Positions 23,517 to 34,808 of a DNA stretch of 64,000 nucleotides are shown one piece after another. The notes beneath the pieces are model-generated. The model saw nothing but the letters and a program-made list of their open reading frames with translations, did not search any database and was not told the DNA's origin. Position numbers and translations under genes: made by a program. Each line of letters starts with the position of its first letter. Within the stretch, counting starts at the first letter, position 1. Origin of the DNA: Pecten maximus (lineage: Eukaryota); contig NC_047022.1 of the NCBI RefSeq assembly GCF_902652985.1, forward strand, positions 30,659,465 to 30,723,464, read 5' to 3'.

Positions 23517-25077
23517 AAACAAGAGGCCCATGGGGCCTGTATCGCTCACATTGTTGGATTTGACCAAATATCAAAATAGTGTTCATGTTCAATTCATTTT
23601 ATTTGTCAACCTCAAACAATGCTTTTTATACTTAAAGTGTGGGTATCCCAACTGCTTTAAAGAAATAACGAAGTCCAGACTCACTGCTTTAAAGAAATAA
23701 CGAAGTCCAGACTCTCTAAATTTACAACATGACTAGATCCGATTTAAAGGAATTACCTTTATTTCCCCTATGGGGTCCCACAACTTTGGCCAAAGTAATC
23801 ATTAAATGCAAAATCTGTTTCGCTTTCCCCAAGGATGTTTCTGACCAAATTAAGTTAAAGTCCATTCATAACTTTATGACTAGTAGTGATTTAAAGGCAT
23901 TACCTCTATTTCCCCTATTGGGCCCCGCCCCTTTGGCCCCTTAGGGGTTAGAGTCACCATTTATGCAAAATCTGTTCCCCTTCCCCAAGGATGTTCCTGA
24001 CTGAATTGGGTTCAAATCCATTCATAACTTTATGACTAGTAGCGATTTAAAGGAATTACCTCTATTTCCCCTATTTGGCCCCGCCCCTTTGGCCCCTTGG
24101 GGGTAAGAGACACCATTTATGCAAAATCTGTTCCCCTTCTCCCAAGGATGTTTCTGACAAAATTGGGATCAAATCCATTCATAACTTTATGACTAGTAGT
24201 GATTCAAAGGAATTGCCTCAATTTCCCCTATTGGGCCCCGCCTCTCCGGCCCCTCAGGGGTCAGAGTCACCATTTATACAAAATCTGATCCCTCTACTGC
24301 CAAGGATGTTTGTGACCAAATTAAGTTCAAATCCATTCATAACTTTAGGTCTAGTAGTAATTTAAAGGCATTACCTCTATTTCCCCTATTCGGGCCCCGC
24401 CCCTTTGGCTCCTCTGGGATCAGAGTAACCATTTATGCAATATCTGTTTCCCTTCCCCCAAGGATGTTCCTGACTAAATTGAGTTCAAATCCATTCATAA
24501 CTTTATGACTAGTAGCGATTTAAAGGAATTTCCTCTATTTCCCCTATTGGGCCCCGCCCCTTTGGCCCCTACTGGGTCAGAGTCACCATTTAAGCAAAAT
24601 CTGTTCCACTTCCCTCAAGGATGTTTCTGACCAAATTGGGTTCAAATCAATTCATAACTTTATGACTAGTAGCAATTTAAAAGAATTCCCTCTATTTTCC
24701 CTATTAGGCCCCGCCCCTTGGGGTCAGAGTCACCATTTATGCAAAATCTGTTTCCCTTCCCCTAAGATGTTCCTGACTAAATTGGGTTCAAATCCATTCA
24801 TAACTTTATGACTAGTAGTGATTTAAAGGAATTGCCTCAATTTCCCCTATTGGGCCCCGCCCCTCTGGCCCTTTAGGGGTCAGAGTCACCATTTATGCAA
24901 AATCTGATCCCTTTCTGACAAGGATGTCTGTGACCAAATTTAGTCAAAATCCAATAAGAACTTTTAGACTAGTAGCGATTTGAAGCAAATGTTGACGGAC
25001 GACGGACGGACGACAGACGAAGGACGCTGCGCCATGACATAAGTTCACCGAACCTTCGGTCTAGGTGAGCTAAAAAT
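23517..25077 (+). mobile_element. HINE/pearl-like element, subfamily A (~8 units of ~150 bp)
   Basis: The head is aaacaagaggcccatggggcctgtatcgctcac. Units look like ..gatttaaaggaattacctctatttcccctattgggccccgcccctttggcccc... The tail is gcaaatgttgacggacgacggacggacgacagacgaaggacg, followed by a hairpin and ggtgagctaaaaatg. It ends 25 bp from the exon 21 donor. Confidence 0.65.
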
Positions 25078-25102
25078 GTAAAAAAAACAACATAATATTT
25101 AC

Positions 25103-25290
25103 CCAACACCAATGGTGGAGATTCTATTTTTAGCATTTCCTTTTCTGACAGTTGATAGCAGCACATCACTGTTGCTAAGGTAACCATCTGAGATGAGAAA
25201 GACACTCCTGCTGCCCTCTGCTGGACTGAGAAGGAACAAGGATTCTACTGGGTAATCAATGTTGCTTCCTCCTAAGTATGGCTGCGCAGC
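25103..25290 (-). CDS. PARP4: PARP4-like exon 21 (AAQPYLGGSNIDYPVESLFLLSPAEGSRSVFLISDGYLSNSDVLLSTVRKGNAKNRISTIGVG), VWA
   Basis: Matches human PARP4 ..ADLGGTEILAPLQNIY..LQLFVFTDGEVTD..FSFGIGEG. The acceptor is tgtttttcag| and the donor is GG|gtaaat (phase 2). Confidence 0.75.
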
Positions 25291-25418
25291 CTGAAAAACA
25301 TCGAAGTAGAATCATGTACATTTGTTTATCTGTACTTGACCGCATGTCATCCTGTTCTATTAGTGACCTTGACATTGGAAAATTGTTAAATCCTTTTGTA
25401 AGACTAGCACTGTCATTT

Positions 25419-26410
25419 AAACAAGAGATCTCAGAGGGATCTTGGCAGCCACAGCTAAATGATCTATTGGTTCTAGATGTCAGACTGATCTTCTTTCTAC
25501 TTTTCCCTTTTTTTCCTCTTAATGATCTGATGAAAAGGACAAGTGGAAACTGCATGTGAAGTTGGAGAAATATCCCTCTGGAACTTTTCAAGAAATAGCA
25601 ATAACAATCTTCATTTCTCAAAATCCATGATGGCCACTTGACGGCCGTTTTGTTTTTCTGATAAACAATTAAATGATTAAAATTGAATTGGCATAAAAAG
25701 GGACTAAGGGGAACCCTCACCTGAAGCTTGAGAAATATCCCTCTAGAACTTCTCAAGAAATAGCTATAAAAATGTTTAATTCCCATGATCCAAGATGGCT
25801 GCTTTTCAGCCATTTGGTTTTTCTGATCAAATATTTTTCTTAAAAGTGGCACAACAAGAGACCAAGGGGAACCTACACATGAAGTCTGAGAAATATCCCG
25901 CCAGAACTTTTCAAGAAACAGCGATAACAAACTTCAATTCTCGAAATTCAAGATGGTCACTTTGATGGCCATTTTGTTTTTCTGATCAAAAATCTATCTT
26001 TAATTGGCTCAACTAGGGACCAAAGGGAATCTATATATGAAGTTTGAGGAATATCCCTGCATTACTTTTCAAGAAATAGCCAATAACAATCTTCAATTCT
26101 CAAAATCCAAGATAGCCACCTGCCATTTTGGTTTTCTCATCAAAAATCTATCTTGAATGTGGCACAAGGGACCAAGGGACCTACACAGAAATAGCGATAA
26201 CAAACCTCAATTCTCCACTATCTGATAATGGTGAATTATTGAATAGCCCACTATCTGATGATGGTGAATTATTGAATAGCCCAATATCTGATGATGGTGA
26301 GTTATTGAATAGCCCAATATCTGATGATGGAGAGTTATTGATCGAAAAGCCCAATATCTGATGATGGTGAATTATTGAATAGCCCAATATCTGATGATAG
26401 TGAGCTAAAG
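25419..26410 (+). mobile_element. HINE/pearl-like element, subfamily C
   Basis: The head aaacaagagatctcagagggatcttggcagccac has the palindrome agatc-tcaga-gggatct. The body is ~3.5 units of ~190 bp (..gaaatatccctct(g/a)gaactt(t/c)tcaagaaatagc..). A 33-bp mini-array (26200-26395, attattgaatagcccaatatctgatgatggtga x6) precedes the tail gtgagctaaag. Confidence 0.55.
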
Positions 26411-26567
26411 ATGGTGTTTAGGAGATAACCTCTTTGTTCTTGGTAAGTTAAGTCTACCTGTAAAATATCTTAACTTTATATACTTCTAGCTGATTTCTCA
26501 CCTGTATAAATTTTATAACTCTGTCTCATTTTTATTGCCTCACCTGTATAAATTGTTTTTGTCTTAC

Positions 26568-26708
26568 CTGTATAAAGTCTGTGACTTTCTGTAGAGTCTG
26601 TTTCGTCTTTCTCTTGGGTACAGGGAAGAGCTCTGTGTAGGACGTTCCAAAACTGACCACATTGATGAAGGCTTTCTCAGGTAGCTTTTCAACAGCTAAT
26701 AGGAACAC
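26568..26708 (-). CDS. PARP4: PARP4-like exon 20 (VFLLAVEKLPEKAFINVVSFGTSYTELFPVPKRKTKQTLQKVTDFIQ), VWA
   Basis: Matches human PARP4 ..LILLLKSLPIGCYFNIYGFGSSYEACFP... The donor is CAG|gtaaga. A 24-bp tandem duplication creates a second in-frame donor CAG|gtgagg at 26544. Confidence 0.75.
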
Positions 26709-26865
26709 CTGTTGATTGACAGGAGACACCATCAAAACAGTTATATCACATACATACCGGGACACCAAGTCATAAAAGGTAGTTTTTATATTTTTGGTCA
26801 TCTTTTCTGAACTTTTAAAATGGTCAAGGTTTTCCACTTTGGCTATGCATGTTCTAGATACTGAC

Positions 26866-26985
26866 CTTTTTGGCATCTCGAGCTGACTGTCCTTTCATAG
26901 AATTTGACATGTCCAGCAAAAAAATGACCTCTGGATCCTCTTCTAATTCTGCCTCAAACTCAGGATAGAAAGCCAACATACAGGC
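26866..26985 (-). CDS. PARP4: PARP4-like exon 19 (ACMLAFYPEFEAELEEDPEVIFLLDMSNSMKGQSARDAKK), start of VWA with MIDAS-like D-x-S-x-S
   Basis: Matches human PARP4 ACMVSFYPNIPED..EFIFLMDRSGSM. The acceptor is ttcattcag| and the donor is AAG|gtcagt. Confidence 0.8.
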
Positions 26986-27451
26986 CTGAATGAACAGCAG
27001 AAAAATCAAGGGTAAAAAACAGGCATAGCTAGTATCACATAATTTCTACTCATCTTAAAAGTCTTTAAGATGTGAAAAGGAATATGAGCTCAATACATGA
27101 CGTGAAAAGGAATATGAGTTCAATTCATGATTTGTGTGACACATATACAGATGTCCAAAGATTTTCCTTAATTAATGTATACAGAACGATATGGCCAAAT
27201 ATTTAGCATTCCTAGTCTTCTCACGATCCCTTTTTACCTATCTGCCAGGATAACACTAGAAGATTTATTTTTTCTTCTCTTTGTTAGCCTTTGTACGAAG
27301 AACTGTTTGTTTTTTGATGAGGCATAAAACATCTTGTTAACTGTTCTGAATCAACTAGGCTTATCAACTCTAGAAAAAAATTATTAAGCAGGTCCACCTA
27401 TTTAGGATAAAAGAAAATCCCCAGTAGACTTGGTCTGATCGTGTCACTTAC

Positions 27452-27586
27452 CTGACTAGCCTTGGTGGGATGCCTCTCTACCCACATACGAGGTACATGG
27501 ATTTCAGCCAGATTAACCAGCAAAATAAACCCATCATCCAGTCTAGCATTCTTTGGGAGTTCTACCACAGCTTTAGTGGCTGTTTG
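27452..27586 (-). CDS. PARP4: PARP4-like exon 18 (QTATKAVVELPKNARLDDGFILLVNLAEIHVPRMWVERHPTKASQ)
   Basis: Matches human PARP4 ..AAYLPRMWVEKHPEKESEA. The acceptor is ctgtag| and the donor is CAG|gtaagt. Confidence 0.8.
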
Positions 27587-28242
27587 CTACAGAAAAAAAT
27601 AACCAAGGGTTTTAAACTTACAGTTCCATCTTAATGGTTTCATGATATGTCAATATCACCATTATAATTGTTTAGGCCGCAGACTTGGTACTTTTAAGTT
27701 AGCGAAAAAAACATATTCTCATGAAAATTCTGTAAACAGAACAAGATATCTAATAAACGCAAATGGTGTAAGGGCTATTATTCCTGGACCAGTTAAATAT
27801 CTACCCCACCCAAGGACTCCAGCTTTTGTTTAGGTGTACCACCTATATGTAATTGAAGTAAGAAGGTAAAAAAAACCAACTAATTGACAGAAGCGATTCA
27901 TTCTAGAATCTAGGGGTCAGGTAGATGTTTTAACGGAATAGCCCTTATCACCCTTGAAGTTATTATTGAAAACGACCCCTCTGTACAATCTTTGTGAAGA
28001 GTCTGATCGAGAAATTATCCTTCAATTTTGCAGATGACAGTGTCTGATATATATTAGATTGAAAATAAAATAGATATAAATATGATATTTATTTTAAGCT
28101 ATATGTTAGAATATATAGATTTGAATTTTATAAATAAAGTAGTCATCACCAAGATTAACCTTAATATACATACAGTAACTAATTCACCCCTAGTTTGAAA
28201 GCTACCTTGTGTCTGCTTGTAATACAAATTGAAAATGCTTAC

Positions 28243-28365
28243 CTTATATTTGATTTGATGGGTTGGTGACATCACACTGCGTATATTAAAAGGCATCTCC
28301 ACGGAAACCTGCAGTGACAGTGATGACCTTCCGCCATCCTGGATCTTAAGAGTGTCAAGGTCAAA
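28243..28365 (-). CDS. PARP4: PARP4-like exon 17 (FDLDTLKIQDGGRSSLSLQVSVEMPFNIRSVMSPTHQIKYK), VIT
   Basis: Matches human PARP4 ..KQSFSLTMSIEMPYVIEFIFSDTHELKQK. The acceptor is tctttcaag| and the donor is AAG|gtaagc. Confidence 0.8.
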
Positions 28366-28597
28366 CTTGAAAGATAAAATAAACCATACGGAAATTCTTA
28401 GGGAGGACCATTTGCTTTCAATATTTATCCAATAAGCCCATATCCACAAATAAGTCCCTCTTCATTTTTGCAGAATCATCTATTTTATTATAACAAACTT
28501 TCTTAATAATCTTTTACATTTGAGGAGAGGGCTTATTTGAGGATAAATACGGTAAAAAACCAATATATACAGAGATGATAATTTTGTGGACACTCAC

Positions 28598-28762
28598 CTG
28601 AGTCTTTTGTGCCAGTGCTGTGTCCTTGATCCAAGGCGCAACAGAAGCAGGCACCCTGAAGGTGATACTCTCCCCCTCCACCTGTAGCTCTGTGATGTAG
28701 GTGATCTTGATCAGGACATCAGATTTAGGTGGTAGGTTTCCTACACTCACTGTAAACACATC
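28598..28762 (-). CDS. PARP4: PARP4-like exon 16 (DVFTVSVGNLPPKSDVLIKITYITELQVEGESITFRVPASVAPWIKDTALAQKTQ), VIT
   Basis: Near-identical to human PARP4 DVFTVSVGNLPPKAKVLIKITYITEL..PATVAPWQQDKAL. The acceptor is catgacag| and the donor is CAG|gtgagt. Confidence 0.9.
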
Positions 28763-28927
28763 CTGTCATGCAAAGTCAACATACTGAGTTATATTATGGT
28801 ATTATGATTTATTTCACTGTAAGACAGGTGAGTGATGTTGATGTCATATAATACAAGTGTTGAAACATTTATGGTTGTACAGTCACTGTAAGCTATGAAG
28901 GAAGCTGGCTGACAAAGCTGTACTTAC

Positions 28928-29019
28928 CGGTTCTTCCTCATCCATGAGATATGCACCATGTCCTTTACTGATCGCTTCCTTGTACTCCTTGTGGGCAGTC
29001 TGTTTTTCCTTCACCTTAC
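28928..29019 (-). CDS. PARP4: PARP4-like exon 15 (KVKEKQTAHKEYKEAISKGHGAYLMDEEEP), VIT
   Basis: Matches human PARP4 ..QQEYLEAVTQGHGAYLM... The phase (1 in, 0 out) is consistent. The donor is CCG|gtaagt. Confidence 0.8.
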
Positions 29020-29156
29020 CTGTGATTTTAAGTTCAAATTCTAGTCATATTTATCATGAAAATATATTGGACCTGGAAATAAGTCATCAAGAATTAAGTA
29101 AATTTGAACACAGGAGATTGATTCTGTTCATACGAGATACCTGGTATTTATTATAC

Positions 29157-29685
29157 CAACAAGAGATCCCAGAGGGAACTCAGAACCCACCATTAAATGT
29201 TCCATATCAGTCAAATAAAAGGCTGAACTTTTCTCTTCTTTCCCTTCTTTCATTCTTCCCTCAAAACATTTATTAACACGATATAGCAGGAGCAACCTGC
29301 AATTGTCAAAATCCAAGATGGCTGCCTATCAGCCATGGTATTTTCTGTTCGCTCCTAAAATGTACTATGCACAACTAGGGACAAGGGGGAACTTGCATAT
29401 GAAATATGAGAAAGATTCCTTTAGGTCTTTCTGAGAAATATCCAAGATGGCCACCTGTGGGCCATGTTGTTTTCTGATCGGTCCCAAAATGCAGTATACA
29501 CAACTAAGTACCAAGGAGAACTTATATATGAAATTTGAGAAAGATTCCTTAAGTACTTTCTGAGAAATAGCAATAACAAGAGTTGTTTATGGAGGGACGG
29601 AGGGACGGACGATGGAGCATGGACAAGGGTGATTTGAATAGTCCACATGGCCATCAGATAATGGTTGACTAAAAACAAATAAGTC
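29157..29685 (+). mobile_element. HINE/pearl-like element, subfamily C
   Basis: The head is caacaagagatcccagagggaactcag. The ~180-bp units contain ..caaaatccaagatggctgcc... The tail is gtttatggagggacggagggacggacgatgg..gatttgaatagtccacatggccatc..gactaaaaac. Confidence 0.55.
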
Positions 29686-30383
29686 TCTACTTTATTGCAC
29701 ATTTAGCATCACCTATACTGACAAGACTAACTGTGATAATTTAGCATCACCTATACTGACAAGACTAACTGTGATAATTTAAAGTACACTAGAGGTACAC
29801 AACGCAAATTAATCTACAATATTGCAGCCTATCAATTGAAAAGCCTGGAAATTTAAACAACAGTTTTGTGGAAAGTTTATGAAAGCTACGGCATGATATC
29901 TATTAGGCACATTTCCCCCAAGTTAAAATGCTCTGATATGCTTTGAGGTTTAAGGCAGGTTTATTTTATAGCAATCTATAACTCTGATTAACTAGTGTTT
30001 TCCATTTCTTTTCCTTCATCACATATACAAAGAATCAAATTTACAACATCAGAAGAATGCTTCCAGAAGCCATGAAGTTATCATCAACATGGCAATTATG
30101 ATACAATAGTGATTGGAATCAGTTGAAAATTCCTGATCGATCTTCAGTTTTGTCTTTGCAATCTATTATCGATTACAATCAGTTGAATTTTAATTATCAT
30201 TCATTGGTATTTAAACAGTTTTTATACCCTTTGGTAGGGCTTACTGCACTGTTCCAGTCATCTAGGTGCTTTGTATTATATATGATATAAAGGACAACCA
30301 CAATCAAGTGATCAATTTAATCAGGACACCACTATCACGATACGACAATGAATATTTTTCACCAACTCTATGTGTGAGCTCAC

Positions 30384-30495
30384 CAATAATGTGTTTTCCA
30401 TTGATAAATGCTTCAAACCCACACACAGCTGCCGTGTCGTCCAAGGGAAAGATGTATTTGGCTTCGATCGCTGAGTCATTGTCATTTCTATATTT
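30384..30495 (-). CDS. PARP4: PARP4-like exon 14 (KYRNDNDSAIEAKYIFPLDDTAAVCGFEAFINGKHII), VIT
   Basis: Near-identical to human PARP4 ..IEAKYIFPLDDKAAVCGFEAFINGKHIVGE. The donor is G|gtgagc (phase 1). Confidence 0.85.
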
Positions 30496-30950
30496 CTGTA
30501 AGTACCACAACCTACAAGGAGAAAGGGCGTGCTTCCTGGGTTACTCCTATCACAATGGAATTGGCCTGATATTTCTCTGTATCAGTGTTGACAATACATA
30601 CATTGTAGGACAGTATTTGTCTGCAAATAAGCCTCGTCCGGAATGTAAATGTTTAGGGAGGACTTACCTGTGAACCAGTTTTAGCTTACTAATTTTCAAA
30701 ATTGATGATTCTGCAAAAATGATGAAGGGGCTTATTTGTGGACAGACGCTTATTTGCTGATAACTACAGTAGCCATAATGACGAAAAGATAGGCACCAGT
30801 GTTAGTGTTGAAATAAACAAAACACAAGGCCTTCCTATAACTTCAGCCTTGTCCATACTCATGCGAGTCTTTGATAAATTTGGATGAAAATAATGACAAT
30901 TACTGGAAAGAATATAACTACTGAAAATATTGATCTGGTAATATTAGGAG

Positions 30951-31120
30951 AATTCTCTTGTATTTTAGCTAACCTTGGCCACCATATCTAACTACAATGA
31001 TATACAGTACTGCAAATAATAAAATTCTCTTGTATTTTAGCTAACCTTGGCCACTATATCTAACTATAATGATATACAGTACTGCAAATAATAAAAATCT
31101 TAGCTAACCTTGGCCACCAT
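30951..31120. repeat. ~72-bp tandem duplication x ~2.4 that re-copies the 3' end and donor of exon 13 (..agctaaccttggccacca..)
   Basis: Direct repeats at 30951-31022, 31023-31093 and 31094-31120, each carrying ctaaccttggccac (revcomp GTGGCCAAG|gttag). Confidence 0.6.
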
Positions 31121-31236
31121 GTCCAGCATTCTGGCTCTCACATGGACACTCTTCAGAGGTACAGACTTTTTACCCCCTATCAGACCACCAGTGACTTTTT
31201 GGAGTGGGTCTGGAATGTCTTTCACATCTGATATAT
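31109..31236 (-). CDS. PARP4: PARP4-like exon 13 (ISDVKDIPDPLQKVTGGLIGGKKSVPLKSVHVRARMLDMVAK), entry into VIT region
   Basis: Matches human PARP4 ..ASGNLVPLEDVHIKGRIIDTVAQV... The acceptor is ttattccag|. It is in phase with exon 12 (G + AT = D). The donor is AAG|gttagc. Confidence 0.65.
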
Positions 31237-32339
31237 CTGGAATAATTATACACAGAAAAAAACATTAAAAAAAATGAAATATGAAAACTGTTCATTATAC
31301 TTGAACAGTTGTTCACCCATATACTTCTCCCTAAATGCTTTATGAAGGTTGAATTAGATTTGAAATCTACGACATCATACTTTAATAGTCAGCATAATTA
31401 GGATAACATTGAAATGCTGTAATAGTATGCAGCATTCATTCTGCAATACTCTGTTAGCTTTATTGAAATAAGCTAATGCTTATAAGCCTACTGGTAATTC
31501 CTGGTCATGGGTCTATTTGTGAAAAAAACTAAGAAAAATTTGCAACCAGCATACTTTCAAACTTCTTGGAATTTCCACCGGGATGATCACATGTGTTCCT
31601 GCCTATAACTAAAGTACATCCATACCTTACTTGATAAAATAATTCCTCCAAACTATAAAGTTATAACTGCTCTTTTTGTTGTCTAATTGAATTTTCAAAA
31701 GTTTTAATAATTAAGAAGTGACAGTCAAAAAATCTTTAACTGGAACTCATATACCACCTATTTAACTTGAAGTATTACTCCAGTCCCGGCCAAAATCCTT
31801 CTTTTTCTTAGTAATGAAAACTTGGATAATTTGAACTCAGATAATTAGAAAAACTTGGTTATCCTGAAGTAAAACTTAAGTAAAATGTACCGATTATCCC
31901 TAAGTTGAGAACATTATTTCTAAACTAAATGTGTTAACAAAATACTCATCGTACATCTCGGTAAATTGTTTACAATTTGTACAGACACAGGAAATATCCC
32001 ATTTTCGCTTCAGTTTATTATTAAATTACTTTCAACATACTTGACTATTATAAGCAGAAAAGCGGTGAGCCCAACATGGAGATTCATACAATGGTCCGAA
32101 TTATTTGAGAGCAATGTGTACATGTTTCGGTTATAGGGTAGCCGTCATCAGAACCTGGTTTTTTGGCGAGACCGCGTGTAAAGTACACTTGTATCCACAG
32201 TAGATTTGTCTGGATTGCAACAATTTTCCACCTTCCAGGACTTTGGGTCGTTTTTAGTACAAATGATAAATACAATTTTTTTTATAATTATTATCTAAAA
32301 TCAAATAGGCTTGTTTCTGTTAAAGGATTCTTTAAGATA

Positions 32340-33357
32340 TACAGTGGACCCGCGATAATCCGGACGCCGATAGTCCGGAAAACTCGCCCGGACGGACGGA
32401 AATGCAAGGGAACGGATTTCCGTAATGTTACTTGTACATGTACTCACCAGTCCCGAAATTCGGATTCCGATTCCGGAACCCCATTTTGGGAAAGGAACGT
32501 ATTTTTCTTTAGTAAATTTCCCGCAATAATCCGGACTATTTTTTCACCAGGAGGAGGGGAAAATGTCGGGCAAGTCACCCGTGTCGACAGCTGTACAGAC
32601 TATCACTTAATTGACACTGTGCATAGTCATAGCGACCGCTGCCAGGACATAGCCCCGATGTGTATACCTGTGTTGCAATGTAGCTCTGTTTTTATAACAG
32701 TACATTGCTTTTCTTTATTACCTAAATGCTACAGTATTAAAGGATTTTAAGCACAGTATAAACTGGTCTTGCTTTTATCAACTTGATGTACACTATCTAT
32801 TATAGTTATTTTACATACGGCAACTTTAAAAGGAACACATATTGCTATTTCGTAGTTCGCAAGAATTCATACACTAACATACAGTATGTGATATGATAAT
32901 TAATCAATCTCAAATACATGTAATAAATTCATGATCGGTAATTAACATCATTAACATTTAAACACTAAGGGGGGTTCGGTTACATTTGTATTGGGTAAAC
33001 AAGGATAAACAGGATATCGGCTTGTAACACCGTTACGTGTAACGAAATATAAAACAACTTTCACTTACATGTTCTTTTAAAAACATTATTTATTTTTTAG
33101 TTTCTACAAAATAAAACAAAACAAAAATCATATCAAAAACAATAGTATGTTTATTTTTTAAAAAGACTGACAATTAGACGTCTTTATGAAATAGAAGTAT
33201 GTCATTTAAACGTCCCGCATTGTATATAGTCAAGGGAGATAACTCTTACACGACAATTTTTAGACCTGGTAGACGAAACTCGGCAGTCCAGAAAACTCGT
33301 AATCTGGACGGTTTGGGCTGGGAACGAAGGTGTTCAGATTATCGAGGGTCCACTGTA
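32340..33357. mobile_element. Non-autonomous Tc1/mariner-type element (MITE) with TA target-site duplication
   Basis: TA|CAGTGGACCCGCGATAATCCGGACGCC... at 32340 and ...the reverse complement GGTCCACTG|TA at 33357 (23 of 27 TIR identity). An internal direct copy of the TIR motif (cccgcaataatccggac) lies at ~32520. There is no intact transposase ORF. Confidence 0.6.
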
Positions 33358-33568
33358 CATGTAACAAAACGTCTACCTTGAAACTAACTTAACTTGAGGA
33401 CTCGGAAAATTCTTAAGTTTTTTCACAATCCTGACAACTTCGAGTTAACGAGGTTTGACTGTATACTGATAATTCATGTCTAAATTTAGGGTCAAAATGC
33501 GAGAATCTCTACCACGAATTGAGAGGGAGAGTTGACACAGTTGACAAACTAAAGAAATGCATTCTTAC

Positions 33569-33722
33569 CAACATCAGCGAGGTTGTCGGAGAGGTGATCA
33601 TCGTCTGTGTCAGACTGGAGAGTGACAGAAGGGAGGGATACGTCAGGATCTTCTGGGAGAGAAAACTCAACAACATACCTCATTCTCTGTTGTTTCGGAC
33701 TGTACACCACAAATTCATTACC
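33569..33722 (-). CDS. PARP4: PARP4-like exon 12 (GNEFVVYSPKQQRMRYVVEFSLPEDPDVSLPSVTLQSDTDDDHLSDNLADV), end of PARP catalytic domain
   Basis: Matches human PARP4 DDEFVVYKTNQVKMKYIIKFSMPGD; the catalytic Glu is retained. The acceptor is catgcag| and the donor is GTTG|gtaaga (phase 1). Confidence 0.75.
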
Positions 33723-34624
33723 CTGCATGATCCAGGATTCCATAATGTAAAAATTTAAGGAGAACGTGTAAAACAATTTTCAGGTAAAAGGTCTCTTAAT
33801 CTCTTTAATATCTTTATCAAAAATAATTACTGTGAATACTGCAACAGAGAGCATGACTAATTCAATTTACTTTGATGCATCCGCTAGGGATTGAAACTGG
33901 CTTTCTAATCTTACGCTCAACTGATCAAGCTCAAGTGAAGTTCTAGATCTCTAGCAAGCAAAACAGTACATTGCAACTCATATTTACCAGGACTACAACA
34001 CAAATAAATGTGACAAACTTCTAGTCATAGTTTGACCATCAAAACTACAAATCAATGTCTCTGTGAAAGGGGTCAAAAGGTAACAATCAGCATAGAGCTA
34101 TTGCCTTAATTTAAAGTTGAAAGTCATAGCTATTATCAGCGACCAAACATGAAGGTCAAAGAATCACTGACTCCTGATACATCATAAAGGTCAATTGAAA
34201 AGGCGTATTGTCTAAAACTTAGTCAAAGCATGAAATTAAACAAGCATGCTGGTATTTCTAAAAGCAATACATGTCCCCTAGCTACCAGCCACCACTAAAA
34301 ACAGTAACAATGACCTTGACCTTGACCCAAAACCCCTGAAACTCGAACTTGATCTGTAGCTACTCATACTTTCACCAACATACCTTGAAGTATGGTTGAG
34401 AAAAGTGCAGAAAACTGAGTAGACGGACTGACTGTTTCATCAGTAGGGGACCAATAAGGCTTGATGGACAGATGCAAGTATTTTTACTAGTCAAACAGGC
34501 AATCAGATAAATTTTATTCACTTTGAGAAGAATCTCAAAAACAAAATTGAATGTTTGAAGCAAAATGTACTTCATCTATTTCTTAAGATGGAGGCAATAA
34601 AACAAATTAACATTGCATACTGAC

Positions 34625-34808
34625 CTCAAAATGACTGTTAACCTCAGCTGACCTTTTGACCCCATGGGTGCTATGGTAGCCAGTGGGAGGGGCTGTGAGA
34701 GTGTAGTCTGTGCTAGTGTAGGGACATTGACGTCCCAATGCCACATCGCACACCAGCAGCAGGCGACAGCCATAGACAGTACTTGGAACTGAGTACTTTA
34801 TGCAAGTG
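34625..34808 (-). CDS. PARP4: PARP4-like exon 11 (STCIKYSVPSTVYGCRLLLVCDVALGRQCPYTSTDYTLTAPPTGYHSTHGVKRSAEVNSHFE), PARP catalytic
   Basis: Matches human PARP4 ..SIKYSHPGETDGTRLLLICDVALGKC..APPGYDSVHGVSQTASVTTDFED. The acceptor is ggttttccag| and the donor is GAG|gtcagt. Confidence 0.8.

Noticed and set aside
25256-25930. 224-aa minus-strand track ORF
   Set aside because: It is a translation of the HINE subfamily-C tandem units and the adjacent exon 21 acceptor region. The repeat-derived peptide shows no coherent protein.
32163-32750. 195-aa plus-strand ORF
   Set aside because: It lies inside the Tc1/mariner-type MITE with no transposase similarity. It is a chance ORF in a GC-richer element.
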